A DNA stretch of 64,000 bases from an uncultured Streptococcus sp. GTDB lineage: Bacteria; Bacillota; Bacilli; Lactobacillales; Aerococcaceae. Below the pieces are notes generated by a model. The model was not told where the DNA came from, made no database searches, and saw only the letters and a list, made by a program, of their open reading frames with translations. The translations under genes and the position numbers were made by a program. Shown piece after piece: positions 29,770-39,408 of the stretch. The stretch's first letter is position 1. Each line of letters begins with the position of its first letter. The DNA is taken from NCBI GenBank assembly GCA_963551375.1, contig CAUVGI010000001.1:5902-69901 (forward strand). Direction: 5' to 3'.

Positions 29770-30762
29770 TTATTTACGTAATCCGTGTTCTTCGATGTAC
29801 TCCGCAATTTGGATGGCGTTGCTCGCTGCACCCTTACGAATATTGTCGCCCACACACCAGATATGGAAGCTGTTTGGTTGAGAGATGTCGCGGCGAATAC
29901 GTCCCACATACACTTCATCATGTCCAGTTGCTTGTAATGGTGTTGGATATACATTTTCCTCAGGTTTGTCTAATACGATTACTCCTGGTGCTTTTTCTAA
30001 AATCGCACGAATTTCTTCAGGTGTTGTATCTTTTTCGAAAGTCACATTGATTTCTACAGAGTGTGAGTTGAATACAGGCACACGCACACAAGTAGCAGTG
30101 ATGGCTACATCATCTGACAATCCTAGAATCTTGCGAGTTTCTTGAATCATTTTCATTTCTTCTTTTGTATAGCCGTTTTCTAAAAATACGTCGATATGTG
30201 GCAATACATTATTGTAAATTGGGTGTGGGTAGTTTGTTGGAGCTTCCCCTTTTTCCCCGTTTCTTAAATCGTTAATCCCTGCTTGTCCAGAACCTGAAAC
30301 AGCTTGGTAAGTTGTATACGCCACACGTTTTAATCCAAATGCATCATGCAATGAACGTAATGGCACAACAGATTGGATAGTTGAGCAGTTTGGATTTGCG
30401 ATAATCTTACGTTCTAATGTTGGTGCGTTACATTCTGGCACGACTAAATCAATCTCTGGATCCATTCTCCATGCGCTTGAGTTGTCGATGACAATCACGC
30501 CGTCACGTTCTGCGATTGGTGCAAATTTCAATGAAGTGCCGCCCCCTGCTGAGAAGATGGCGTAATCAATATCACGCTTGAAGGAGTCTTCCGTTAATTC
30601 TTCGACTACATAATCTTTTCCTCTAAACTGTAGTACTTTCCCTGCTGAACGCGCTGATGCAAGTAGATATAAGTGATCCACTTGTAAGTTGCTTTCTTCT
30701 AACCGTTCAATCATTTTTGTTCCAACGACACCTGTCGCTCCTACAATTGCAATATTTACCAT
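29770..30762 (-). CDS. asd: Aspartate-semialdehyde dehydrogenase
   Basis: 330 aa. VGATGVVG Rossmann motif and active-site NPNCSTI. Confidence 0.95.
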   Translation of the reverse strand: MVNIAIVGATGVVGTKMIERLEESNLQVDHLYLLASARSAGKVLQFRGKDYVVEELTEDSFKRDIDYAIFSAGGGTSLKFAPIAERDGVIVIDNSSAWRMDPEIDLVVPECNAPTLERKIIANPNCSTIQSVVPLRSLHDAFGLKRVAYTTYQAVSGSGQAGINDLRNGEKGEAPTNYPHPIYNNVLPHIDVFLENGYTKEEMKMIQETRKILGLSDDVAITATCVRVPVFNSHSVEINVTFEKDTTPEEIRAILEKAPGVIVLDKPEENVYPTPLQATGHDEVYVGRIRRDISQPNSFHIWCVGDNIRKGAASNAIQIAEYIEEHGLRK

Positions 30763-30800
30763 AAAAAAATCTCCTTTTTGCTAAAACGCTATGTTGAAAA

Positions 30801-31445
30801 TTATAGCGAATCTCTCGTTGAAAGTAAAGAATTGTCTTTCTTCGCGACACATTTGTAGCTGGTATAGATACACTCTTTCACGAGTGCGTCATCTGAGCAT
30901 ACATTCAGCGCGATTGAAATCCAATGCTTCTTATTCATATGATAGGCTTCATAAATTCCGTCATGTGCAATGAGTTGTTCCTTGTCCTCCGGATGAATCT
31001 TCACGTTCAAAATCAAGGCATCGGCCTTTGAAGCCACTCCTAGTTTTTGAAGCGGCACTTGCATCATGAGACCATACCATTTCCCTTTTTCTTCGACCAT
31101 AAAGCCCAGCGCCTCCGTCTTCTCAAACGGATTGCCACAGTATGGGACAATATTTTCGATTATCCACTTTGACCATTTTTGGCGCGTTTCTTCGATATCT
31201 GATTGTTCGGGATGCATCCACTGAAACACTAGCTCCTCTGCCTCTTCGCGCAAGGCTTGAGCGATACTACTACTCGTTGTCGGTATATCGAATAAGGTAT
31301 AGCGCTCGTTAACGTCATCGAGCGCTACGATTTCTAAGCCTTGTTTCTTGCTGGCACTCACCACCTGAAAGGAAAATCCATCCATTTGGCTTGGAAAGAT
31401 TTTTCCTTCCAGTTCTGGTAAGTCCGTTTTTAGTGTCCATTTCAT
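30801..31445 (-). CDS. Two-domain protein with a C-terminal MmcQ/YjbR-like domain
   Basis: C-terminal AYHMNKKHWISIALN...IYTSYKCV matches the YjbR pattern (NKxHWxSV...SY). I do not recognise the N-terminal ~100 aa. Confidence 0.65.
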   Translation of the reverse strand: MKWTLKTDLPELEGKIFPSQMDGFSFQVVSASKKQGLEIVALDDVNERYTLFDIPTTSSSIAQALREEAEELVFQWMHPEQSDIEETRQKWSKWIIENIVPYCGNPFEKTEALGFMVEEKGKWYGLMMQVPLQKLGVASKADALILNVKIHPEDKEQLIAHDGIYEAYHMNKKHWISIALNVCSDDALVKECIYTSYKCVAKKDNSLLSTRDSL

Positions 31446-31457
31446 AAGTGCGACCTC

Positions 31458-33440
31458 TTATAAACGATACTCCGCACGCAATTCGAGAATCACGTCGCGT
31501 AAATCGGCTGCTTTCTCGAAATCGAGGTCCTTGGCTGCCGCACGCATATCCAACTCGAGTAACTCGAGCGCTTCTCGACGTTGTTCTTGCGTCATCTTCT
31601 TGAAGTCTTTTGCAGTCGTTGGTGCATCTTCTTTTTCGACCTCGTGCGTAATCGCAATTAAATCGCGGATATTCTTCACGATAGTCTTTGGTACGATGCC
31701 ATGTTCTTTATTGTATGCCTCTTGGATGGCACGACGACGATTCGTTTCATCAATCGCTTTTTGCATCGAATCCGTAATCTTATCGGCGTACATAATCACA
31801 CGACCGTTCGCATTACGCGCCGCACGTCCAATCGTTTGAACCAGAGCACGTTCACTACGAAGGAAGCCTTCCTTATCCGCATCGAGAATCGCCACAAGAG
31901 ACACTTCCGGCACGTCTAACCCCTCACGAAGCAAGTTGATTCCGACCAATACGTCGAATTCCCCGAGGCGTAAGTTACGGATGATTTCCGTACGTTCCAA
32001 TGTCTTAATGTCACTATGCAAATACTTCACCTTAATGCCCACTTCTTCTAAGTAGTCGGTCAAGTCCTCGGACATCTTCTTCGTTAATGTCGTGATAAAG
32101 ACACGCTCATTTCGTTCTACACGTAAATTAATTTCACTAATTAAATCATCAATCTGTCCTTTAATTGGACGAACTTCCACTGGTGGATCGAGCAAGCCAG
32201 TTGGACGAATGATTTGCTCCGTAACTGTTGGCGTATGCGATAACTCGTAAGGCCCCGGAGTAGCCGAAATGTAAATGATTTGTGGCACGCGTTCCTCAAA
32301 CTCTTCAAAGCGCAATGGACGGTTATCCAAGGCACTTGGCAAGCGGAAGCCGTATTTAATCAACTGCTCCTTACGAGCGCGGTCCCCGTTATACATTCCA
32401 CGAATTTGCGACATCGTAATATGCGACTCATCGACCACGAAAAGCGAATCTTTCGGGAAGAAGTCTAGCAAGGTATATGGTGGTTGCCCTGGACGTCGGC
32501 CATCCATATGACGAGAGTAGTTCTCAATCCCGTTACAGTAGCCCATCTCAAGGAGCATTTCGATATCGTAGTTCGTACGTTGCTCCAAACGTTGTGCTTC
32601 TAGCAATAAGTTATCGTCTCGTAATTCCTTGAGTCGTTCCGCAAGTTCTTCTTTTATCGATGCGACCGCCCGTGAAATTTGGTCTTCATTGGCCACAAAG
32701 TGCGTTGCTGGGAAGATTGGTACATGTTCCACAGTGGCTTTGATTTCACCCGTCAAGACATCGACTTCTTTAATCGCTTCGATTTCGTCTCCAAAGAACT
32801 CAATACGAATGGCCGTCGCATCATTTCCCGGAAGGAAGATTTCCACTACATCCCCACGAACACGAAACGTTCCACGGCGGAAATCATAGTCGTTACGCTC
32901 GAACTGCATTTCTACCAATCTGCGTAATAAGTCATCACGTTCGATTTCCATGCCTTCACGAAGCGACAATACATGGTCACGGTAATCTTCTGGGTTTACT
33001 AAACCGTACATCGAAGACACGGACGCCACCACAATCACATCACGACGTTCTAGAAGGGCGCTTGTAGCCGAGTGTCGTAATTTATCAATCTCATCATTGA
33101 CGCTCGATTCCTTCTCGATATACGTATCGCTGGCAGGAACGTATGCCTCTGGTTGATAGTAGTCATAGTACGATACAAAATATTCGACCGCATTGTCCGG
33201 GAAGAATTCTTTCAACTCTCCGTACAACTGGCCAGCTAAGGTTTTATTATGCGCTAATACGAGCGTTGGTTTATTGACTTCTTGAATCACATTGGCAATC
33301 GTGAACGTCTTCCCTGTTCCGGTTGCCCCAAGTAAGGTCTGTTCTTTGACCCCATTATTAATGCCATCGACGAGTTCTTGGATGGCTTGAGGTTGGTCTC
33401 CATTTGGTGCATAAGGAGCCACTAATTTAAATTGATCCAT
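31458..33440 (-). CDS. uvrB: Excinuclease ABC subunit B
   Basis: 660 aa. GATGTGKT, helicase motifs and the C-terminal UVR domain (FEKAADLRD). Confidence 0.97.
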   Translation of the reverse strand: MDQFKLVAPYAPNGDQPQAIQELVDGINNGVKEQTLLGATGTGKTFTIANVIQEVNKPTLVLAHNKTLAGQLYGELKEFFPDNAVEYFVSYYDYYQPEAYVPASDTYIEKESSVNDEIDKLRHSATSALLERRDVIVVASVSSMYGLVNPEDYRDHVLSLREGMEIERDDLLRRLVEMQFERNDYDFRRGTFRVRGDVVEIFLPGNDATAIRIEFFGDEIEAIKEVDVLTGEIKATVEHVPIFPATHFVANEDQISRAVASIKEELAERLKELRDDNLLLEAQRLEQRTNYDIEMLLEMGYCNGIENYSRHMDGRRPGQPPYTLLDFFPKDSLFVVDESHITMSQIRGMYNGDRARKEQLIKYGFRLPSALDNRPLRFEEFEERVPQIIYISATPGPYELSHTPTVTEQIIRPTGLLDPPVEVRPIKGQIDDLISEINLRVERNERVFITTLTKKMSEDLTDYLEEVGIKVKYLHSDIKTLERTEIIRNLRLGEFDVLVGINLLREGLDVPEVSLVAILDADKEGFLRSERALVQTIGRAARNANGRVIMYADKITDSMQKAIDETNRRRAIQEAYNKEHGIVPKTIVKNIRDLIAITHEVEKEDAPTTAKDFKKMTQEQRREALELLELDMRAAAKDLDFEKAADLRDVILELRAEYRL

Positions 33441-33522
33441 GACTTCACCTCTTTCTTTTCTAGTATACCATCATTACGGGAGTTTTACCGTTTGTCTGTC
33501 CTGCCCAATCATATTACCATGC

Positions 33523-33551
33523 TTGCAATTCAAGTAGGACTTTTGTATAAT
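33523..33551 (+). promoter_or_regulatory. Candidate sigma-A promoter of rpsT
   Basis: TTGCAA, 17-nt spacer ending in TG, then TATAAT. Confidence 0.65.
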
Positions 33552-33613
33552 AGTTCGTGTTGGAAACAACTGATCAGTGATTATACATGTAAAACGAAAG
33601 AGGGGTGAACCCA

Positions 33614-33868
33614 TTGCCAAATATCGCATCACAAATCAAACGTGTTCGTACTAACAAAAAGTCAACACTAGCAAACAACTCTCAAACTTCTGCTATGCGT
33701 ACTGCTATCAAAAAATTTGAAGCTGCAGTAGCTGAAGGTGCTGAAAATGCTGAAGAATTATTACGTGCTGCTCACAAAGCAATCGACGGAGCTGCTTCTA
33801 AAGGATTAATCCACAAAAACAAAGCTTCTCGTGATAAATCACGTCTTGCTGCAAAATTAAGCAAATAA
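33614..33868 (+). CDS. rpsT: 30S ribosomal protein S20
   Basis: Begins [17 protein letters not shown] prefer TTG 33614, 8 nt after the G-rich RBS, over the ORF-track GTG at 33605. Confidence 0.9.
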   Translation: MPNIASQIKRVRTNKKSTLANNSQTSAMRTAIKKFEAAVAEGAENAEELLRAAHKAIDGAASKGLIHKNKASRDKSRLAAKLSK

Positions 33869-33873
33869 TATGT

Positions 33874-33905
33874 AGCCTGAGAATTGATCTCGGGCTCTTT
33901 TTTTA
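33874..33905 (+). terminator. Terminator of rpsT
   Basis: Stem AGCCTGAGA/TCTCGGGCT followed by T8. Confidence 0.85.
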
Positions 33906-33939
33906 TGCTCTGAAATAGAAGTGGTGCTTCTTATTGGTT

Positions 33940-34209
33940 GGGTAAAATCCTTACGGATTTCTTCAAGGTAGAGTGTTATATCGGATAAACTGAAAAGAAT
34001 CAGTTTTGATATTGAAAGAGTTATAGCGGGGCAACGGCTCGAGCCTAGGTCTCTCGCCTTTAAAGCCTCAAAGCAGGAGTACGGAAGGACTTCCTACTCC
34101 TGCTAATTCGCATTTAATGCACTTCCCCGCTATTCTTTCAATAAACTGATTCTTTTTTTGTTTATCCTCTATTTAAATTTCACCCGTAGAATCCGTAAGA
34201 ATTTTACCC
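33940..34209 (+). repeat. Hairpin repeat copy E (subfamily II, long arms)
   Basis: Arms run from GGGTAAAATCCTTACGGATT... on one side to ...AATCCGTAAGAATTTTACCC on the other. P1 is ATAGCGGGG/CCCCGCTAT. The core carries GGCTCGAGCCTAGGTCTCTCGCC, CAAA, GCAGGAGTACGGAA..TTCCTACTCCTGC and TAATTC. Confidence 0.93.
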
Positions 34210-34336
34210 TCCATGCTTTATCTCAGAGATAAAAAAAGAAGCCCGATCAATTCGAAGGCGGAGGGGAAAAAGAAAGGGTGGCCGGGGTAGGAAAAGGTGC
34301 CAAAAATATTCCCCGAATAATGTAAAGGGTCCGAAA

Positions 34337-34391
34337 TAAAAAAAGAGTGCCCGAGGGAGGTGTTTAGTCTCCTACTCGGGCACTTTGTTTT
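34337..34391. terminator. Terminator of the relBE/small-protein operon (bidirectional shape)
   Basis: Stem AGTGCCCGAG/CTCGGGCACT, with an A-run 5' and a T-rich run 3'. Confidence 0.8.
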
Positions 34392-34392
34392 G

Positions 34393-34668
34393 TTAAATGA
34401 TAATATCGTCGACAAATTGTTTGGCTTCTGACAAGCTCATTCCTGTTACGTTACGTAATTTTTGAATGGCTTTAATCGATTGTCCATTGCGTTTCAATTC
34501 GCGTAAGTATTCTTCTAATTCTTCTGGGATGTACGCTTCTTCTACTGGTGTACTTTCTTGTGTTGATGGTGTTTGTTCCACCGCTCCGCTGGTATTTAGT
34601 TTTGTGCGGAACGCAAGGGCGATTACCGCTACTAAAACAACAGCGATGATAACGATTAGTAATTCCAT
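34393..34668 (-). CDS. Single-pass membrane protein with a ribosomal L7/L12 C-terminal-domain-like motif
   Basis: N-terminal TM segment MELLIVIIAVVLVAVIALAF. C-terminal IKAIQKLRNVTGMSLSEAKQFVDD resembles the L7/L12 CTD helix pair (IKxxRxxTGLGLKEAKDLVD). RBS AGGAGAA. Confidence 0.55.
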   Translation of the reverse strand: MELLIVIIAVVLVAVIALAFRTKLNTSGAVEQTPSTQESTPVEEAYIPEELEEYLRELKRNGQSIKAIQKLRNVTGMSLSEAKQFVDDIII

Positions 34669-34677
34669 GGGTTTCTC

Positions 34678-34953
34678 CTATTTAATAAATTTGTAAACAC
34701 TGCTTCTATGCGCAAATTCAAAGGCTATAATTTTTAATTGGTCATCTTCGATTTCTACAATTAATCTATAATTTCCAACTCTATATCTCCAATATTTTGA
34801 TAAAGTTCCACTCAGAGGTTTCCCCTTACTTCTTGGATCTTCACAGTCTATCAAATTTTTTTCAATCCATTTTTTTAAGATTACTTTTGTTCCATTATCT
34901 AATTTTTTAATTTTCTTTTTGAGACGTTCATCATAAAAAAGTGTGTACCTCAT
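34678..34953 (-). CDS. relE: RelE/ParE-family type II toxin
   Basis: 91 aa. KKLD...LKK and ..GKPLSG.LSKYWRYRVGNYRLIVEIEDD.L.I..F.HR fit the RelE/StbE pattern. TAATG overlap with the upstream antitoxin gene. Confidence 0.85.
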   Translation of the reverse strand: MRYTLFYDERLKKKIKKLDNGTKVILKKWIEKNLIDCEDPRSKGKPLSGTLSKYWRYRVGNYRLIVEIEDDQLKIIAFEFAHRSSVYKFIK

Positions 34954-35171
34954 TATAAGTCTCCCCAGAATTCCTCATGGTCAACTAATATAACTTCTCC
35001 ATTTGCTTTAGCACTTTCGTACTCTTTTACAGCTTGTAAATCATATTCTTCTTCAATTTTTTCAGTTAATGCTTTCTTTAATAGGGTCGTTAACCCTTCT
35101 CCGGTAAAGTCTGCATAATTTTTAAAAAGGCGCTCTTCTTCTTTATTTAAACGTAATGAAATTGTACTCAT
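34953..35171 (-). CDS. relB: RelB/DinJ-like (RHH) antitoxin
   Basis: 72 aa. N-terminal ISLRLNKEEERLFKNYA is ribbon-helix-helix-like and the C-terminus is acidic. It is translationally coupled to relE. Confidence 0.75.
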   Translation of the reverse strand: MSTISLRLNKEEERLFKNYADFTGEGLTTLLKKALTEKIEEEYDLQAVKEYESAKANGEVILVDHEEFWGDL

Positions 35172-35188
35172 TTTAACCCCTCCTTAAT

Positions 35189-35225
35189 TGTATATACATT
35201 GTACCACATATTTTTATTAATTCAA
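35189..35225 (-). promoter_or_regulatory. relBE promoter with palindromic operator
   Basis: TTGAAT, 16-nt spacer, TGgTACAAT on the minus strand. The 10-bp palindrome TGTATATACA (35189-35198) sits at the predicted start site. Confidence 0.55.
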
Positions 35226-35313
35226 CTCAAATTTTAATTAAAATTAGATAATTATTTACAAACAACTCAACGCCGAAATCTTTAATAAGATATCGACGTT
35301 TCAAACAGACTAA

Positions 35314-36345
35314 TTATAACGTTCTTTGGCCGCAAAATTGGAGGATGAACCATTCCAATTGCATTTCTTTGATGCCGACGCTGGTTTTCAATGCGTACTC
35401 GGTTTCGACTAATTGCTGGAAGGCTGCTTCCAATAATGGTGTTCCGTAGCGACGACATTGGTTGAGTGCGAGTTTGACGCGATACGGGTGCACTGCGAGT
35501 GTCTTTTGAATTTCGGGTTCTTGGTAGCCGGCTTTTTTCAAATACGATACTTGAAGCAATAGGCGGAATTGGCCTAATAGAATCGCGTTCATTTTGATTG
35601 GGTCTTCTTTTTGCAATAGCATATCATGATAAATTTGAAGGGCACGCTTGCTGTCTTTGTTCAGGATGGCTTCTCCAAAATCAAAGATGCTTTGTTCCAA
35701 GGTTTTAGCCACTAACGCCTCGACCGTTTCAAGTCGAATGGAATACGTTCCAATTTCGGCAACCATTAATTTATCAAGCTCTTTCATACAAGTGGTAAGC
35801 GAGTATTGTGTCTTGAGGAGTAAAGTGTTTAACGCCTCTTCTTGAATGCCATATTGTTGCGAACGTAAATAGTCCTTGATGTATTGTCTCACATCGCGTT
35901 CTGAGAGTTCGCTTGCATCGAGAAGAACGGCAACCTTCTTCAACTGTTTCACGATTTTCTTACGTTGGTCCAACTTTTCGTACGGCGCAAAGAAAACCAT
36001 CACCGAACTATCCATCGGATTTTCTAAATACGCTTGTAGGCGGTCCAACTGATGGTCGATGGATTTCTTTTCCTTCTCCCCTGTTAAAAACGTTGGATTA
36101 TCAATCATAACCAATCTGCGGTCTCCAAAAAATGGCACAGACTCGGCATCTTGAACCGCGGTTTGAACGGACACTTCATCCATATTGAATCGTCCCACGT
36201 TCAAATCTTGATCTTCAGGAGCGACAATGGTGTCCAAAAATACTTTACGTGCAAGCTCTTGTAAGTACGGTTCTTTCCCTTGAACGAGATAAACCAGACT
36301 GACTTGCCCTTTTTTAATTCGATTGAGCTGTTTCTCAAATTCCAT
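35314..36345 (-). CDS. holA: DNA polymerase III delta subunit
   Basis: 343 aa with a delta-subunit N-terminal pattern (VYLVQGKEPYL). Conserved comEC-holA-rpsT neighbourhood. Confidence 0.88.
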   Translation of the reverse strand: MEFEKQLNRIKKGQVSLVYLVQGKEPYLQELARKVFLDTIVAPEDQDLNVGRFNMDEVSVQTAVQDAESVPFFGDRRLVMIDNPTFLTGEKEKKSIDHQLDRLQAYLENPMDSSVMVFFAPYEKLDQRKKIVKQLKKVAVLLDASELSERDVRQYIKDYLRSQQYGIQEEALNTLLLKTQYSLTTCMKELDKLMVAEIGTYSIRLETVEALVAKTLEQSIFDFGEAILNKDSKRALQIYHDMLLQKEDPIKMNAILLGQFRLLLQVSYLKKAGYQEPEIQKTLAVHPYRVKLALNQCRRYGTPLLEAAFQQLVETEYALKTSVGIKEMQLEWFILQFCGQRTL

Positions 36346-36392
36346 TTCTTCGCCTCCTGTTGTTTTAGTTTATCTTGAAAACGAGTCTTTGT

Positions 36393-38720
36393 CTATTGTT
36401 TCAATTCTTTTTTCCGTTTCGTAAGTGTCGTTGTGATTTCTAATTTTTCGCGGGTGAAACGAAGCCGAATTTGCCCGTCTTGATCCGTCCGGAAAATGAT
36501 AGCGCCAGTAGCTTTCAAGCGCGCCAAAGTCTCTGGACTGGGATGCCCATAGTGATTGTGCTTCCCACACGATATGAACGCGAGCCTTGGTTGAACGAGT
36601 TTGAGCAGCGCCTCGCCACTCGATGTCCTGCTCCCGTGATGCCCCACTTTAAGGATAGAGAACTGCAAGTGTGGATTGTTTTTTACGACAGCCTCTTCCA
36701 CCTTTTCTGAGGCGTCTCCTGTGAGAAGAATCGTCTGCTTCATCACTGTCACGAGTGCCAGTATCGAGTCTTCGTTTTCTGCATGAGACAAACCTTTTGG
36801 CCACAGTACCTTCCACGTCGTCTCATTCCATTTCCACTCGTCTCCTGCTAGTACCAACCGCCACTGAATCTTTGGATATTTCTTTTTCATTTCCTGCATC
36901 AGTGGAATCTTCTCCATCCCTTTCCCGATAATGAGTTGATGGATATTGATGTGCTTTGCGATGGTTTTTAAGTTTCCGACATGATCTTCGTCCCCGTGCG
37001 AGAGCATCACTTGCGAGAGCTCTGAGAGCCCCTCTGCTTGCAAGGCGGGAACAACCGTCGTAATTCCTTGGTCTTTTTTCTTTCTGTGCCTCCATGCCTC
37101 TTTCTGTTTAAAATCCGAGAGTCCACCCGTATCGATCAGTGTCGCCTGATTCCACCCTGGCGCTAGTAGAAGGATGGAGTCCCCTTGCCCAACGTCCACC
37201 ATCACGAGTTCTGTTTCCCAGTGATACGGCACTTCAATTAATAGCGCAAGTATGGCTAGTATCGAAAGCACGCCTTTTTTAATCGTCATCTTTCTTCGTT
37301 CGAATAAAATCCCTACGACAATAAGGATTGTAAGAAAGAGAACGACTTCCCATTTGTCCCAAATCCCCAGTGTGAATTTTGTAAAGGACAACTGCTGGCA
37401 GAACGTGAGGGTGCGAGAAACTCCAGAAAGAATGAATTCTCCAAAAGTTTTTAGAAGGTCAATCAGCGAACCTAATCCAAAAAGTACCGCGACTAAATAG
37501 GCGGTTAACAATGGAAATAGCAGCATCTCAAACAACATCGAAAAGAGCGCAGTCAGAAGAATACTCAGCGCATTCCAATAAAAGAAATACTGACACAAGA
37601 GAGGAAGCGCGATAAGACTCATCCCAATCGGCACCCACAAATCAGCCCGAATACGAGGCAAGACCGCTCTTTGCCATTTCGAGAGAAAAATAATAATGGC
37701 CGTTAACCCATAGCTTAGTTGAAAGGCCACATTTAAAAGGATGCCTGGCCAAACGAGAATGGAAGCAATCGCCATCCAGAGTAAACAGTCCATCTGTATG
37801 CTTCCACGTCTTTTGATGAACGGTTTGGATACGGCAGAAAACACCACCATTCCAATTGCACGAGTACCGCTAATATTCCAACCAATTACAAATCCATAGA
37901 ACACTACAAAAAGCACCAGTAAGCCACGCGTTTTCTCTCTAGTAATGCCACTTCGCCAACAGAGTCGTTCGATGCAAGCGACCATTAAGGAGATATGTAA
38001 TCCCGAAATCGCTAAGAGATGCAAGAGGCCAAGCTGCTTGTATTGTTCCCACTCTTCTTCACTAAATCCACTTCGGTCCGCTAAGAGTAAGGCAAGCGTA
38101 TATTGTTTTATGCGACTGTCTTTTTGAGAACGCACCACTTGCAACAACCCAGAGCGAAGATGTTCCACAAAGCTCCAGAAGCCTGAAACACTCTTCATCC
38201 CAGAATTCAATCGCTCCACCTTCAAAGCATGTAGCACGCCAAGACTAAGATAATAATTTTTTGCATCAAAATTCCCTTTATTACGTGCATGTTCGATTTC
38301 TTCAATGGTCCCTTCAAACGAGACTCGCACCACTTCACGTAACTGCAAGAATGTCTGTTGCTCAGATTCCGACTCCAGTACATAGTAAAAAAAGACTTTC
38401 TCGTGCTTCGTTCCAGCTTCCAGCGTGGCCGTTCCCGTTACTAAATCCCCATTCACCTTCAATTGGTTTGGATTTAATACGAGTTGCCCAGTAATCGCAT
38501 CATCAACGGTAAAAGACGGATGCGTCACTTCACGTATATATAAAAATAACCGCACCCCTACCGCTACACATAGGACGATTCCGAGCAAGCTTTTCCATGC
38601 CTCGTGCCCTCGTTTCCACGCCACAACAATGATGAATAAAGGGACAATCCACCAAGCGACTGCCCCTTCGAATACAACGATGCTAGAGGCTACAAGCACT
38701 GCTAGTATCCAGTAACTCAT
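36393..38720 (-). CDS. comEC: DNA internalization competence protein ComEC/Rec2
   Basis: 775 aa. Polytopic competence domain plus a C-terminal metallo-beta-lactamase domain (HGDEDHVG, GHHGS). Confidence 0.92.
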   Translation of the reverse strand: MSYWILAVLVASSIVVFEGAVAWWIVPLFIIVVAWKRGHEAWKSLLGIVLCVAVGVRLFLYIREVTHPSFTVDDAITGQLVLNPNQLKVNGDLVTGTATLEAGTKHEKVFFYYVLESESEQQTFLQLREVVRVSFEGTIEEIEHARNKGNFDAKNYYLSLGVLHALKVERLNSGMKSVSGFWSFVEHLRSGLLQVVRSQKDSRIKQYTLALLLADRSGFSEEEWEQYKQLGLLHLLAISGLHISLMVACIERLCWRSGITREKTRGLLVLFVVFYGFVIGWNISGTRAIGMVVFSAVSKPFIKRRGSIQMDCLLWMAIASILVWPGILLNVAFQLSYGLTAIIIFLSKWQRAVLPRIRADLWVPIGMSLIALPLLCQYFFYWNALSILLTALFSMLFEMLLFPLLTAYLVAVLFGLGSLIDLLKTFGEFILSGVSRTLTFCQQLSFTKFTLGIWDKWEVVLFLTILIVVGILFERRKMTIKKGVLSILAILALLIEVPYHWETELVMVDVGQGDSILLLAPGWNQATLIDTGGLSDFKQKEAWRHRKKKDQGITTVVPALQAEGLSELSQVMLSHGDEDHVGNLKTIAKHINIHQLIIGKGMEKIPLMQEMKKKYPKIQWRLVLAGDEWKWNETTWKVLWPKGLSHAENEDSILALVTVMKQTILLTGDASEKVEEAVVKNNPHLQFSILKVGHHGSRTSSGEALLKLVQPRLAFISCGKHNHYGHPSPETLARLKATGAIIFRTDQDGQIRLRFTREKLEITTTLTKRKKELKQ

Positions 38721-39349
38721 TGCGTCACAATCCTTTCTTGAAAGGACTCGAAGAGCTTCTTACCAATTCCGCGGACTTTCATCAAGTCTTCCTTTGTTTG
38801 AAACGAACCGTTTTTCTTGCGATATTCAATAATTGCCTCGGCTTTTTTCTCACCGACTCCCTTCAATGTCTTCAGCTCTTCCACCGTTGCCGTATTAATA
38901 TTCACTTTTCCCTCTTTAGCTTCTTCTTTACTTGTTGCTCCTGCTGGAATTTCCTCAGCTTCTTCTCCAACTTTTGGCACAACAATCGCCATTTGATCCT
39001 CTAGCCGCTTTGCTAAGTTCACTTTCTGGCTATCCGCCTCCTCCGTCAATCCTCCAGCGGCATCGAGCGCGTCCTTTACACGGTCTCCAACCTTCATTTG
39101 ATAGATTCCCGGCTTTTTCACGGCACCTTTAATATCAACGAAAATGACCGCTTCTAGCGTCGTACTTTCTTCGGTTTTCTCCGCCAACACCGTCGTTACC
39201 ACCGCTTCACTTTCTTCCACGGCTTCTTCTTTTTTAGGCAGCAGTCCACCAACACCCACTAATAAAAGAATTGCTCCGCCAACGACCGCACCCTTGACCG
39301 CCAAACTCCACGACTCCCATTTTTCTTTCCACTCATCAAAAAAAGCCAT
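38717..39349 (-). CDS. comEA: Competence DNA receptor ComEA
   Basis: TM anchor, SLBB-like segment (GAVKKPGIYQ) and a C-terminal HhH pair (INTATVEELKTLKGVGEKKAEAI). Start at ATG 39349. Confidence 0.87.
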   Translation of the reverse strand: MAFFDEWKEKWESWSLAVKGAVVGGAILLLVGVGGLLPKKEEAVEESEAVVTTVLAEKTEESTTLEAVIFVDIKGAVKKPGIYQMKVGDRVKDALDAAGGLTEEADSQKVNLAKRLEDQMAIVVPKVGEEAEEIPAGATSKEEAKEGKVNINTATVEELKTLKGVGEKKAEAIIEYRKKNGSFQTKEDLMKVRGIGKKLFESFQERIVTQ

Positions 39350-39408
39350 TTCTCTCACTCCTTAAAAAGATTTCTCCAATTAAAGATATGAGAAAAATGA
39401 CTCATTGG

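Noticed and set aside
33552-33567. AGTTCGTGTTGGAAAC between uvrB and rpsT as a LexA (Cheo) box.
   Set aside because: The half-sites have the wrong polarity and spacing relative to GAAC-N4-GTTC.
34218-34415. 65-aa minus-strand ORF between repeat E and the relBE operon.
   Set aside because: It overlaps the terminator hairpin and the G-rich tract. It has no RBS and a compositionally implausible product.
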